From an uncultured Lachnospiraceae bacterium (GTDB taxonomy: Bacteria; Bacillota; Clostridia; Lachnospirales; Lachnospiraceae): a stretch of 64,000 nt of DNA. The stretch is taken from positions 14,801-78,800 of the forward strand of contig CAJUBE010000006.1 of the NCBI GenBank assembly GCA_910584725.1, given 5' to 3'. Every line of letters starts with the position of its first letter. Positions within the stretch are counted from its first letter, which is position 1. This document shows positions 26,117 to 36,201 of the stretch, one piece after another. Position numbers and translations under genes: made by a program. The notes beneath the pieces were generated by a model. That model did not search any database. It saw only the letters and a program-made list of their open reading frames with translations, and had not been told where the DNA came from.

Positions 26117-29100
26117 TCAAACCATTGCGTTTGCATTTATCCGCTCAATCACCTTTCGGATTCCTGCCCAGACATACATGTCCGTAAAAATCTCCACCAC
26201 ACTCCCCTTATCGGTAAAGGGCGATTCCTGTAAAACGGAAAAATCCTTCAGCATACCGTTATGGACAATGTATTCTACAATCTGATTGACAAAGTAAATC
26301 TGCCGGCTGTCCATATTCGTCCCATCCAGATATTGCACAAATGCCTCCTTCGCCGCCTTCATATCCAGTCCGACAATCTCGCGGACAAATTCTCCAAGCG
26401 GTTTCTTTCCGTACTCCCTCTCATAGTCTTCCCTCGTGCCAAGCTCTCCCCAGAGGATTTCTTCAAGAGACCTGATATCAAATTCACTCAGCGGCTTATT
26501 GCTCTTTAATTTCGCAATCGCAATATGATTCTGATTCTGGCGGATATAATACTCCGCCTTTGCCTTATAATTCTTTAAGTCGTCGTTTTCCAGTTCCGCC
26601 TCATGCCACTGCACAGATAAAATATCATCCGAAAAATTTGTCTCGTATTTAACCGATTTCTGCGGAATATATTTCATCAGACTGCGAAGTTCCTCCCGCA
26701 TATATTCAAACTCATCGATTCCGGCATTCTCCACATAGCTTGTCTGTAAAATTTTCTGGATTAAATCCGTCTTTACCTGTATCTCCGGGATATTAGCCAC
26801 ACCCGCTATTGCCTTCACGTGTTTTTGCAAGTCGTTCTTTGCTCTTGTATACGGCTTATCCGAAAGGTAAGCCAATTCCATCCCATACATCAGTGCGTCA
26901 AACCGCACCGCGCCCGCGTCGTCCCCATCCGGCAAAATAAGCGGCGCAAGCTCTTCTTTCACATCCTGCGTATCTTCATAACTGATAGACTGGTAGCCTT
27001 TCACATCGGCATACAAATCAACATATTTCAAGTGCTGTTTTACCGCGAAATTTTCTCTGTTAAGCTCCCGCACTTTACCGCTCATCGTCTCAACCAGCTT
27101 TTCCCGATAAGCCGTCAGGCGTTTCACCTGACGGCTGGCATCCTGCAGCTTATAGGCAAGCTGAAATTCCAGATTAAAAATCGCACTCTGTAACGCCATC
27201 TGATTCGCCGTCGGTTTTCCCTCATTTACCCTGAAAAAAGCAAAGTTTCCACAAAAATCAAAGATATAGAATTTCTGCTTGTCCTCCCCATCTATCAGTC
27301 CCGGACACAATCTGGTGCCCCTGCCAATCATCTGCCAGAATTTTGCCTTACTCAACACTTTCTTGAAAAAAACGAGATTTAACACTTCCGGCACATCAAT
27401 CCCCGTATCAAGCATATCCACGGAAATCGCAATCTGCGGCAATTTTTCCCCCTCAGCGAACTCGTCTATCGCCTTTTGCGCATAAGCCGTGTAATTGTCA
27501 ATCACCCTCGCAAAATCCTGCCCGTTCTTAGACAAGTGCGGATATTCTTTATTAAATATCTCATAAATTTTTTCCGCGTGATTGTGGTTCACCGCAAAAA
27601 TAATCGTTTTTCCCAGCTTCTCCCCGTAGTCAACCTTCAATCCATCACCCATCACAACGTGAAGAACCTGTCTGATCGTATCCTCGTTAAAAAGCCATTT
27701 GTTAATTGCGGACGACTGTATTCTTTCCGGGAAATTGCCGTCCTCGTCCTTAAAAGTAGCCTCATACTCCTCTTTGTCTTCCGTCGATAATTCGTCGTAG
27801 GCAATCCCCTGCTCAATAAATTTTACCTCCGATTCCACCGACAAATAATCAACCAGATATCCGTCCTTTACAGCCTGCGCTAAATCGTAACCGTAAGTCG
27901 GCACACCGTCTTCCAGGTCAAAGACAGCATACGTGTTTTTATCAATTTCTTCCTTCGGTGTCGCCGTCAGTCCCACCAGCAAAGCATCGAAATAAGTAAA
28001 GATATCTTTATATTTATTGTAGATAGACCTGTGCGCCTCGTCGCAGATAATCAAATCAAAGTGCCCGCAGGAAAAAATTTTTCCCTCCCGGTCTGTTGCA
28101 TTGTCGATCAGATTGATCATTGTCTGATAAGTGGAAAATACGCACCGGGCATGATAATTGGACTTTTCCTCCACCACATTGACAACAGACAACTCCTCCG
28201 GGAACTGATTGACAAAACTTCTCTTTGCCTGTGTGACAAGAGAATTGCGGTCAGCGAGAAACAGGACGTTTCTAATCCATCCCGCATCCATCAGCGCCTT
28301 GCAGAGCGCAATCACCGTTCTGGTCTTTCCTGACCCTGTCGCCATGACAAGGAGCGCTTTCCTTCGGTTTTTCTCATCAAAGCTGTCACAAATCGCCCGG
28401 ATTGCCGCCGCCTGATAATATCTTCCCGCAATCTTTGTATCCGCCACAATGTTTTTTAACGACATCCTCGAGTTTCGCAGATTAAACCATTTCTCCAGAT
28501 CTCTCTTGGAATAAATCCCGGACACCTGCCTCTCCGGGTACTGTCCATCTACCATTCTTGTCTCAAAACCGTTTGTCAAAAAAACAACCGGTCTTCTCTT
28601 ATATTTCTGCTCCAGACTATCCGCATAAAGTTTTGCCTGCTGCCGTCCTCTTGCCACATCTTCACAGGTGCTTTTCGCCTCGATAATGGCAAGCGGTTTT
28701 TGCGCATCGTCATAGAGCACATAATCGACGCGCCCCTTTCCCGACTGATTCGGCATCCCGTCGACTTCTACCTCGTTAAGCCAGTTCTTTCCCTCAATCC
28801 AGCCCGCATCCTTAAGCATTTCGTCAATGTAGATTTTCCGGGTCTTATATTCGGATAAATCCAAAGGTTTCGGCACATAGGCGAGCTGCTTTGCCTCTCT
28901 TCTCCTCGTGAGCTCTTCCTTTAACGCCTTGTTTTCCTCAATCAAGGCTTTCAAGTCAACGTCCGCAAACTCGCTGCGAACAGCCGTCTCTTCCGGCATT
29001 TCTTTTCTGAGAAGCGAAGCGTCAAACTGCCGCTCCTCATAATCCTTCGAGTAACAGCATGCCACGAAATCAAGAAAGAAAAACAGATTTTGCAGACAGA

Positions 29101-29425
29101 GCGACGCCTCATCAAAGGTAATCTTTGCTCCGGCATGAGCCGCCCGGTTGCCTATCTTGCGAATCAAGTCCATCCGCCGCCAAAGACTCCTGTCTATGAG
29201 CGCATGGAACTCCTCGGTACTCATCAGACTATGTAAATTATCCTGATAAGGCTTTTGCAGGGAATCGTCAACCGAATACAGCCATTTGACCGCAAACTCC
29301 ATCGCGCGGCGGCAATTGATGACGCACGCCTCGCGGTCTATGGGGAGCAGTTTTTCGGAAGATATGGCGACCTCCGAGAAGCTGGAAAATTGTGGTTCTT
29401 TTTTTAGGTAGTCGAAATTGGTCAT
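26117..29425 (-). CDS. hsdR: type I restriction enzyme R subunit (N-terminal DUF4145-like domain + nuclease + SF2 helicase)
   Basis: RVDYVLYDD...PLAIIEAK (PD-(D/E)xK), LLVMATGSGKTRT (motif I), LIICDEAHRS (DEAH), MIGRGTRL (motif VI). The start is set at MTNFDYLKK with aagggaga upstream. Confidence 0.9.
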   Translation of the reverse strand: MTNFDYLKKEPQFSSFSEVAISSEKLLPIDREACVINCRRAMEFAVKWLYSVDDSLQKPYQDNLHSLMSTEEFHALIDRSLWRRMDLIRKIGNRAAHAGAKITFDEASLCLQNLFFFLDFVACCYSKDYEERQFDASLLRKEMPEETAVRSEFADVDLKALIEENKALKEELTRRREAKQLAYVPKPLDLSEYKTRKIYIDEMLKDAGWIEGKNWLNEVEVDGMPNQSGKGRVDYVLYDDAQKPLAIIEAKSTCEDVARGRQQAKLYADSLEQKYKRRPVVFLTNGFETRMVDGQYPERQVSGIYSKRDLEKWFNLRNSRMSLKNIVADTKIAGRYYQAAAIRAICDSFDEKNRRKALLVMATGSGKTRTVIALCKALMDAGWIRNVLFLADRNSLVTQAKRSFVNQFPEELSVVNVVEEKSNYHARCVFSTYQTMINLIDNATDREGKIFSCGHFDLIICDEAHRSIYNKYKDIFTYFDALLVGLTATPKEEIDKNTYAVFDLEDGVPTYGYDLAQAVKDGYLVDYLSVESEVKFIEQGIAYDELSTEDKEEYEATFKDEDGNFPERIQSSAINKWLFNEDTIRQVLHVVMGDGLKVDYGEKLGKTIIFAVNHNHAEKIYEIFNKEYPHLSKNGQDFARVIDNYTAYAQKAIDEFAEGEKLPQIAISVDMLDTGIDVPEVLNLVFFKKVLSKAKFWQMIGRGTRLCPGLIDGEDKQKFYIFDFCGNFAFFRVNEGKPTANQMALQSAIFNLEFQLAYKLQDASRQVKRLTAYREKLVETMSGKVRELNRENFAVKQHLKYVDLYADVKGYQSISYEDTQDVKEELAPLILPDGDDAGAVRFDALMYGMELAYLSDKPYTRAKNDLQKHVKAIAGVANIPEIQVKTDLIQKILQTSYVENAGIDEFEYMREELRSLMKYIPQKSVKYETNFSDDILSVQWHEAELENDDLKNYKAKAEYYIRQNQNHIAIAKLKSNKPLSEFDIRSLEEILWGELGTREDYEREYGKKPLGEFVREIVGLDMKAAKEAFVQYLDGTNMDSRQIYFVNQIVEYIVHNGMLKDFSVLQESPFTDKGSVVEIFTDMYVWAGIRKVIERINANAMV

Positions 29426-29454
29426 GGGTGGTCTCCCTTGCATCAAACACATAC

Positions 29455-30045
29455 TCAAAATATGGTTTCACTTTTCTTTCGGATACATCGTTCAAACAGA
29501 TCTTCCATTTTTTCGTAATCACATAAAAAGGATTGCTCACTCGCCTTTAGCATTTCTTCTCTGCTGACCTTTCCAAAATTTATTACATACCCATTGTGAA
29601 GCGTCAATGTCCTTATAAACTCACGTTGACTGCGTCCGTTGCCTTCACGAAGAGGATGCAGGGCATTAATCTCCGAAAAATAGTACGCCAATCGAACCGA
29701 AAGCTCTTTTCCGCCCAAACCTTTTAGATAATTTTCTGCTCTCAGCTTTCCAAAAATTTCTTCCGCCTGACTTTCTATAAATTTCGCATTGCAAAACATG
29801 TTCCCTTTTGCAATATCCACTTTTCTGATTTCCCCTGCCCATTCGTATATATCCTGAAAAATATACTTGTGAATTGATTGCAAATGCCTTAAGTCAAACT
29901 TTCCCTGAATAGGTTTATCCACCAATTCAAGAATACGGAGCATTGTCAGGCGCTTTTCCATCTGCCTAAGCTGCTCCATATCCCGTATACCCATCCTGTT
30001 TTTCAATACATCCGACCCCGGATAACAGTATACCTTATCAGACAT
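29455..30045 (-). CDS. Fic/DOC-family toxin (class I, antitoxin-inhibited type)
   Basis: Fic motif HPLREGNGRSQREF. The ATG overlaps the antitoxin stop as TAATG. Confidence 0.85.
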   Translation of the reverse strand: MSDKVYCYPGSDVLKNRMGIRDMEQLRQMEKRLTMLRILELVDKPIQGKFDLRHLQSIHKYIFQDIYEWAGEIRKVDIAKGNMFCNAKFIESQAEEIFGKLRAENYLKGLGGKELSVRLAYYFSEINALHPLREGNGRSQREFIRTLTLHNGYVINFGKVSREEMLKASEQSFLCDYEKMEDLFERCIRKKSETIF

Positions 30046-30371
30046 TATCTGCCCTCTCCTATGATCCGTTTCCGCAATTCATCGCCCGTTACTTCCCCAT
30101 TTTTATAAGCGTACAGTAATTGTAAATCCTCTTCTGTCAGCTCTATCCCTTCAAAAGCCATTGTAGCTGCCACTTCTTCTATCGTTTCCGCTTTGGTATA
30201 TACCGAATGATTCATTTTTACTTTAAAGGGAATCCCCTCAGTAAGTATAATCTGCTTTATCATCATATTGACAACGGCAGATAGATTAGTTCCCAGCTTT
30301 TCCAAAATTTCAGAAGCTTTTTCTTTATCTTCCGCAGAAGTCCTTACTTGCAATAAAGATGTATTGGACAT
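30045..30371 (-). CDS. antitoxin: RelB/DinJ-like ribbon-helix-helix fused to a VbhA-like Fic-inhibitory domain
   Basis: N-terminus SLLQVRTSAEDKEKASEILEKLGTNLSAVVNMMIKQI...IPFKV is DinJ-like. The C-terminus carries the inhibitory motif TMAFEG, i.e. (S/T)xxxE(G/N). AGGAGG lies 9 nt upstream. Confidence 0.7.
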   Translation of the reverse strand: MSNTSLLQVRTSAEDKEKASEILEKLGTNLSAVVNMMIKQIILTEGIPFKVKMNHSVYTKAETIEEVAATMAFEGIELTEEDLQLLYAYKNGEVTGDELRKRIIGEGR

Positions 30372-30396
30372 AATAGCAGCCCTCCTTTCGTCCCCC

Positions 30397-30425
30397 ATTA
30401 TACAACATAGTAATTACATTGTAAA
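30397..30425 (-). promoter_or_regulatory. consensus sigma-A promoter in front of antitoxin-fic-hsdR
   Basis: Minus strand reads TTTACA-17 nt-TATAAT (tttaca atgtaattactatgttg tataat). Confidence 0.6.
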
Positions 30426-30438
30426 CGTGAGCCTGCTT

Positions 30439-31620
30439 TTACCCAAAATATTTCTGCATCAGGCTGTCAAACAGAAGTTGAAGCTGGTCGATGGATTGCT
30501 GTATTTTAAATTTTGGTTCGTCGATATCATGGACGAAGGCAGCAAAAGATTTCTGCAACTCAAGTGGTGGCAGTTTAAATCGTAAATGCTTTATTATTGT
30601 TAAATTTAAACCATCCATAATCGCGCCTTTTGAGTTCATATGCATTTGAGCAATTATCTCAGGATGGATTTGAAAGGCATTAGCAAGAAAATATGGATCA
30701 GCCAATTCATCTTTTAATGTCAAACATGCTAAATGCTTGGTATTTATAGCTAAAGGTATATCTTTTGGAATAACCGCCGAGCGTCCAACTGTTCCCATGA
30801 TTGTAATGATTACATCTAAAGGTTTTACAGTATATCGTTTTAACTTCTGATACTTTTCCTTTGTGATATACCGCATTCTATTATATGAAAATTTGTTTTC
30901 TACAGCATTGTCAATACCTAAAACAAAAATTCCATTATCTACAAATTCATCATGATGTAAGGCACTTCCAAAAGGTCCGGTTCTCATGTCACTACAAATA
31001 TCTTCCATATTGACAGTATCCCAATCGTCATTATTATCAAACATCTCTACAAATCGGGATTTGATTACCTCGTCAAGCATAATAAGCTGCTCTTGTTGCA
31101 ATTTTATAATTTTACAAATGATGTCCAACTTTCTGCATATATTGCGCTGTTCTTCAATGGCTGTATCTTTGATATTAAATCTAGAAATATAATCATCCGT
31201 TTTTAAATTATGGAGTCCTGTTGTTTTGTTTTCAAATGCTTTTGTCCCACCTTTTCTGTAATTTGAATATAGTGAATAAAATATATATTTCGGCTCCCAT
31301 TTATCTTTATCTTTAATTCTAAGAAGTCCAGTAAAATTATTAAAAAGATATTTGTGCTCTAACCCTTCAAAAAAGACTACTCTTCCAACTGGCTGCTTAT
31401 CACTTCCACCAGACTTCTCAATAATAATATCACCTTGTATCAAATATTTTTCATCAATATTTTTTTTAGGTATTTTTCTTGTCACTATATTTTCATAATT
31501 CACAATTCCTTCATTAGTGAAATTCGTGGTTCTTAAAACAGGTATACCTGTACCATCAACATCATCTATTCCCCATTCTCCAGATAAAGCCTTTCCAGTA
31601 ATCTCAATCAATTTTGCCAT
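30439..31620 (-). CDS. hsdS: type I R-M specificity subunit
   Basis: Two target-recognition domains separated by conserved helices (EEQRNICRKLDIICKIIKLQQEQLIMLDEVIKSRF ... LELQKSFAAFVHDIDEPKFKIQQSIDQLQLLFDSLMQKYF). ATG at 31620 with GGAG 6 nt upstream. Confidence 0.85.
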   Translation of the reverse strand: MAKLIEITGKALSGEWGIDDVDGTGIPVLRTTNFTNEGIVNYENIVTRKIPKKNIDEKYLIQGDIIIEKSGGSDKQPVGRVVFFEGLEHKYLFNNFTGLLRIKDKDKWEPKYIFYSLYSNYRKGGTKAFENKTTGLHNLKTDDYISRFNIKDTAIEEQRNICRKLDIICKIIKLQQEQLIMLDEVIKSRFVEMFDNNDDWDTVNMEDICSDMRTGPFGSALHHDEFVDNGIFVLGIDNAVENKFSYNRMRYITKEKYQKLKRYTVKPLDVIITIMGTVGRSAVIPKDIPLAINTKHLACLTLKDELADPYFLANAFQIHPEIIAQMHMNSKGAIMDGLNLTIIKHLRFKLPPLELQKSFAAFVHDIDEPKFKIQQSIDQLQLLFDSLMQKYFG

Positions 31621-31686
31621 TTTATGCTCCAATCAATCTATGCTGCTAAAGCAATCACTTCTGTTACCAAATCATAATGTCCAATC

Positions 31687-32739
31687 CTATTCACAAACAA
31701 TACCCTCTATAACATTATTCAATGATTCAAACCGCAATTTTCTACTTCCCAAATCTGTAGATGCTCGAATACCAGATGAATAATTACGTATATTTATATC
31801 CTTTTCGTTTATTTCAAGTTCTTCTTTAATCGATTTTTGAAAATTAGTAACCCTATCACCAAAATACGTTAAGCGTTCGCCCAGTCTCTCTCTCACATTT
31901 GAAGAAAATGGCATTTTATGGTTATATTCAGCAAGCACCAAAAAGAGAGTATAAAAATCTGTCATATTACGCCAACGAGTTTTCTTTATATTAGGTAAAA
32001 TTTGCAAAATCTCTTTTGCTACACTATTAAAAACACCTTTTATCCGTTCACTATCACTAAACTCTTCCTCATATAATTTATAATAATAATCCAATTTCAC
32101 CTTTTTATTTTGATGACCATTTAAATATGCGATCACAATTTCGCTTATAAATTCAGCATCTAACATACGCCTTATCTTTTGTGGCGTAAAAACACCTATA
32201 TCTTCCCAATAGGTCTGATCCGAAATATCATTAATCATAACAATAAATTCGCCCGAATAAGTAGCCTGTCTCAGTTCCTGTTGGTTCAACCTTTCATTAT
32301 TCTTATTAATTCTTTTAAAAATATTACGTATTATATCATCATCTATATCCGGCAACAGTCTTATCACAAACTTATACTCAAAAAACCTTTTTTTATCGTT
32401 TGGCGATAACTCATCAAAAGTCAAATTTTCCCACTGTTCACTGGTTTCAGTTGGCACTAATGAAAATTCATTATTTATAAAATCTAAAACCGTTCTCAAT
32501 CTTTGCTGTCCATCAACCACAACAAATTGGCTTTCTCCCTTTTCATTCACACGTTCTTGCAAATATATTTCTGGAATTGGATAGCTCCTTAAAATGGAAT
32601 CAATTAAATAACTTTTTTGATTAATAGTCCAAACGGGATTACGTTGAAAGGTTGGTTTGATTACCAAACTATCCCCCTCCTTACTTCTTTGATTAAACCA
32701 CGCAATATTTTGTTGTGTACTTCCTAAATAATCTTTCAT
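31687..32739 (-). CDS. DUF262 (ParB/Srx-fold, GmrSD N-terminal-like) protein lacking a DUF1524/HNH nuclease domain
   Basis: IKPTFQRNPVWTINQKSYLIDSILRSYPIPEIYL...FVVVDGQQRLRTVLDFI is the canonical DGQQR motif. I see no His-Me/HNH motif in the C-terminal ~200 aa. The ATG overlaps the upstream stop as TAATG; GGAGG lies 9 nt upstream. Confidence 0.8.
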   Translation of the reverse strand: MKDYLGSTQQNIAWFNQRSKEGDSLVIKPTFQRNPVWTINQKSYLIDSILRSYPIPEIYLQERVNEKGESQFVVVDGQQRLRTVLDFINNEFSLVPTETSEQWENLTFDELSPNDKKRFFEYKFVIRLLPDIDDDIIRNIFKRINKNNERLNQQELRQATYSGEFIVMINDISDQTYWEDIGVFTPQKIRRMLDAEFISEIVIAYLNGHQNKKVKLDYYYKLYEEEFSDSERIKGVFNSVAKEILQILPNIKKTRWRNMTDFYTLFLVLAEYNHKMPFSSNVRERLGERLTYFGDRVTNFQKSIKEELEINEKDINIRNYSSGIRASTDLGSRKLRFESLNNVIEGIVCE

Positions 32740-33344
32740 TATGAAATACCTCCTAAAATTATTTCTTGACATTCTCTAACACTATTGATTTGATAATCTC
32801 GAAATGATTTGTTATCCTTATATATCCTAAAATTAATCTCTCTTTCATTTATAGGCGGATTACTTCTCATTTCATTTATTACTTCATTCCAAAGTTTTCC
32901 AAATGATAAAATTGGTAATATCTTGTCAGTTGCTATAGTTCCCCAATATATTAACCTATTTCTATGATCCTCTAAAGCTTGTTTCATATTATTATTTAAT
33001 TTATAATATTTTTGGTTTCTAAGTTCATGCCATGCAATATCAAAATAATAATTAGATATTATCCCTACATCAATATCCGAATATTGGCTAAACTTTTTAA
33101 AATTCTTCTTTGGATTTAAGCTATAACCAAGACAAGCTGAACCAGTAATTATTATATCTCTCGCATCTATCTGAAGTCTAGATGCCATTTTATGTTTCCA
33201 TTCATAATACTTTACTTCATTACCGCAAAAAATATTAGGTGTTTTTTCCATTATCCACTTGGAAATGAATACATCTGGCGATATTGTTACTAAATCATTT
33301 CTAATATTTTCCAAAAGTTCATCTGTGTATTGCATCTCTTCCAT
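32739..33344 (-). CDS. pol-beta-superfamily nucleotidyltransferase-like protein (unclassified)
   Basis: IIITGSACLGYSLNPKKNFKKFSQYSDIDVGIIS has the G-S ... D-x-D arrangement of minimal NTases. The start is set at MEEMQ (agagggg 8 nt upstream). Very AT-rich. Confidence 0.5.
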   Translation of the reverse strand: MEEMQYTDELLENIRNDLVTISPDVFISKWIMEKTPNIFCGNEVKYYEWKHKMASRLQIDARDIIITGSACLGYSLNPKKNFKKFSQYSDIDVGIISNYYFDIAWHELRNQKYYKLNNNMKQALEDHRNRLIYWGTIATDKILPILSFGKLWNEVINEMRSNPPINEREINFRIYKDNKSFRDYQINSVRECQEIILGGIS

Positions 33345-33462
33345 AAGCATAGCCCCTCTAGACGTTATCAAAATGTATAATATCAATCATATCTTACTCT
33401 TCTAAAAATTCTCTCTTTCTCTACACTCTTGCACTTTGCAAAAAATGCAAATTCCCAACTAT

Positions 33463-34971
33463 CTACAACTCCTCTTCCAGCATCCCCTTAAGTTCCTCCA
33501 ACTCCTCCCCAATCTGCCGCTCCAGCTCAAATATCTGTTCCAGTATTTCTCCTGTCGGCGGGTATTCTACGGGCACATATTCCTGCTTCTTATATTTATT
33601 AATCGACAAGTCGTAGTCGTTTTTCGTAATTTCCTGCTTTGGCACAAAAAACGACTTCTCCGTCCTCTCCCTTTCCGTTTCCCCGTCCCTGTTGTGGAAC
33701 CGTTCTATGATATCAGGAATATCATTTTCATTTATAGGGCTTCTCTTATCATCCAGGCTGAACCCGTCCGCCTGCATATCATAAAACCAGACTTGATCAG
33801 TCCCGCCATGGTTGGTCTTTGTAAAAATCAGAATCCCTGTGGAAACGCCTGCGTATGGCTTAAACACTCCGGGCGGCATGGAGATCACCGCTTCCAGTCT
33901 CTGATTTTCCAACAGTTCTTTTCTGATATCTTTATGCGCTTTTGAAGACCCAAACAGCACACCATCCGGAACAATGCAGGCACATCTCCCGCCCACTTTC
34001 ATCATCCTCACAAACAACGCAAGAAACAAAAGTTCCGTCTTCTTTGTCTTGCATACCTTAAGCAGATCCGCGGACACCGCTTCCGCATCAAGACTCCCCT
34101 TAAAAGGCGGGTTCGCTAAAATCAGGGAATACTTATCTGCGTCCGAATTTTGTTCCGACAGACTGTCCCTATACTCGATAAAAGGATTCTCCACCCCGTG
34201 CGTCATCATATTCATGGCGCCGATGCGCAGCATGGTTCTGTCCATATCATAGCCATGAAACATATGATTCATATAATGGTCTTTTTTCACTTTGTCATAA
34301 AAGATTTCTTCCTTGTGTTTTTCCTTCAGATATTCTCCTGCGGTCACAAGAAATCCAGATGTGCCGCAAGCCGGATCGCATATCACATCCTCCGCGGAAG
34401 GTTTCATCAGTTCCACCATCATACGGATAATATGTCTCGGTGTGCGAAACTGTCCATTTAACCCCGACTGCGCAATCTTAGAAAGCAGATACTCATATAC
34501 ATCTCCTCTGATATCCACATCCTTCACCTGCTCCATCAGCGCAAAAATATCTTCCAGTGAATCCACCACCTTTGACAAAAGAAGCGGCGTCGGCAGCTTA
34601 AAGATTGCGTCATCCATATATTTTGCATAGGCGCTATCCTTGTCTCCATGCAGATTTTTCATGAACGGGAACACCCATTCCTGCACGACCGAATACATTT
34701 TCTGCGCCGGGAAGTCATGGAACACAGACCATTTCAAGGTTCTTCCCTCCACCTCTCTGTCTCCGACGCTTACCTGCCCGGCAAAAATACTCTGAAAGGG
34801 CAGTCCAAGCATAACACTCTCTTTCTCCCGCATGGTATCCGAAACATCCAAATCATGAATGAATATCAAATAGGTAATCTGCTCGATCACTTCCAGCGGA
34901 TTCACCAGACCGCCCGCCGCAAACGCATCCCAAAGGGCATCTATTTTATTTCTCAGCTCTCCTGTAACCAT
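33463..34971 (-). CDS. hsdM: type I R-M N6-adenine DNA methyltransferase subunit
   Basis: HsdM N-terminal domain, FRTPRHI, ICDPACGTSGFL (motif I), LANPPFKGS (motif IV). The ATG overlaps the upstream fic stop as TGATG. Confidence 0.9.
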   Translation of the reverse strand: MVTGELRNKIDALWDAFAAGGLVNPLEVIEQITYLIFIHDLDVSDTMREKESVMLGLPFQSIFAGQVSVGDREVEGRTLKWSVFHDFPAQKMYSVVQEWVFPFMKNLHGDKDSAYAKYMDDAIFKLPTPLLLSKVVDSLEDIFALMEQVKDVDIRGDVYEYLLSKIAQSGLNGQFRTPRHIIRMMVELMKPSAEDVICDPACGTSGFLVTAGEYLKEKHKEEIFYDKVKKDHYMNHMFHGYDMDRTMLRIGAMNMMTHGVENPFIEYRDSLSEQNSDADKYSLILANPPFKGSLDAEAVSADLLKVCKTKKTELLFLALFVRMMKVGGRCACIVPDGVLFGSSKAHKDIRKELLENQRLEAVISMPPGVFKPYAGVSTGILIFTKTNHGGTDQVWFYDMQADGFSLDDKRSPINENDIPDIIERFHNRDGETERERTEKSFFVPKQEITKNDYDLSINKYKKQEYVPVEYPPTGEILEQIFELERQIGEELEELKGMLEEEL

Positions 34972-36041
34972 CACGCCTCATCCTCCCAATTCCATTTGTA
35001 TTTTGTATATCTGCCGCCGCCTATCTTAATAATCCTTCCATCCTTTACCAAATCGTTAAGCGTCCTCTGCACCGTAGTCTGACTGATATCAGAAAACATC
35101 TGTACCAGTTCTCTTTTCGTTATCACGCCGATATGTTCCCTTATTTCCTCTGCAATTCTGTCCGGTTTTGACATTTTATGCCGGGTAACTGTTTTTGCTC
35201 TTTCAAAAAACTCCCGGTAAGCTGCCGCAGTTACGCCAAGCATATATTTTACAAAGAAGCTGTAATCATTCCGATTCTCATGCCAATCTGCCGAGCTATC
35301 CGCCAGTGCCTCGTAATATGCCTCCTTAGACTGCTCAATCAATTTTTCTATACTAATATACTTACCCACAAAATACCCTGCTCTGTACAATAAAAGCAGT
35401 GTCAATAATCTGCTCATCCTGCCGTTTCCGTCTCTGAAAGGGTGAATGCACAGAAAATCCAGAACAAACATGGGGATGATCAGCAATAAATCCGCCTGTC
35501 CTTCCTCTACAACCTTTCCATACGCCTCACATAGCCCTTCCACCGCTTCCTTTGTCTCCCACGCCGGAACGGTCTGAAATCTCACCCTCTTATTTCCTGT
35601 TTCGTCCTGCTCTTCAATCACGTTATCCACAACTTTATAGGCACCGCCTGTCCCCGTTCCTTCAAACTTATACAGATCACGATGCATCTGTAAGATAAAG
35701 GAGGCTCTCGCTGGAATATGCTCATAGTTCTCGTGAATCGTATTGAGCACATCCCGATACCCTGCTATTTCTCTTTCGTCCCTCGACCTAGGCTTTGTCT
35801 TATCTAAAACGAGTTTCCGCAGCTGCTCATCTGACGTATGGATACCCTCAATTCTGTTTGAACTTTCCGTGCTCTGTATTTTCGCAATCTGCACCAAATC
35901 TTCCAAAACATCCGCATGCCTGTCCGCTATCAGACGCTGTTCTCCCCGAAACTCATGTATTGTGGTTAAATATCCTACGATTTCCGGCGTCAGGAGGCTC
36001 TGCCATTTATTTTCATAATCATAATTTCTCAAACATGTCAC
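34971..36041 (-). CDS. class II Fic-family protein (N-terminal inhibitory helix, C-terminal winged HTH)
   Basis: Inhibitory motif SNRIEG, Fic motif HPFRDGNGRMSRLL, C-terminal wHTH ITKRELVQMFSDISQTTVQRTLNDLVKDGRI. Confidence 0.85.
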   Translation of the reverse strand: MTCLRNYDYENKWQSLLTPEIVGYLTTIHEFRGEQRLIADRHADVLEDLVQIAKIQSTESSNRIEGIHTSDEQLRKLVLDKTKPRSRDEREIAGYRDVLNTIHENYEHIPARASFILQMHRDLYKFEGTGTGGAYKVVDNVIEEQDETGNKRVRFQTVPAWETKEAVEGLCEAYGKVVEEGQADLLLIIPMFVLDFLCIHPFRDGNGRMSRLLTLLLLYRAGYFVGKYISIEKLIEQSKEAYYEALADSSADWHENRNDYSFFVKYMLGVTAAAYREFFERAKTVTRHKMSKPDRIAEEIREHIGVITKRELVQMFSDISQTTVQRTLNDLVKDGRIIKIGGGRYTKYKWNWEDEA

Positions 36042-36078
36042 CCCTGTTATGTTAAAATTTCAAACTATTTATTCCATT

Positions 36079-36107
36079 ATATTATCTTGTAATTACGTCA
36101 ATGTCAA
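36079..36107 (-). promoter_or_regulatory. candidate sigma-A promoter of the fic-hsdM... operon
   Basis: Minus strand reads TTGACA-17 nt-TAATAT in an AT-rich spacer upstream of the fic start. Confidence 0.45.
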
Positions 36108-36201
36108 TACCATTTTAGTCATTAACCAGCAAAAGACTAAATTAAATCATAAAAAGGCGCATTTGAAACACCAAACTGTCACATTCCGTTCTCACTCTAT
36201 C

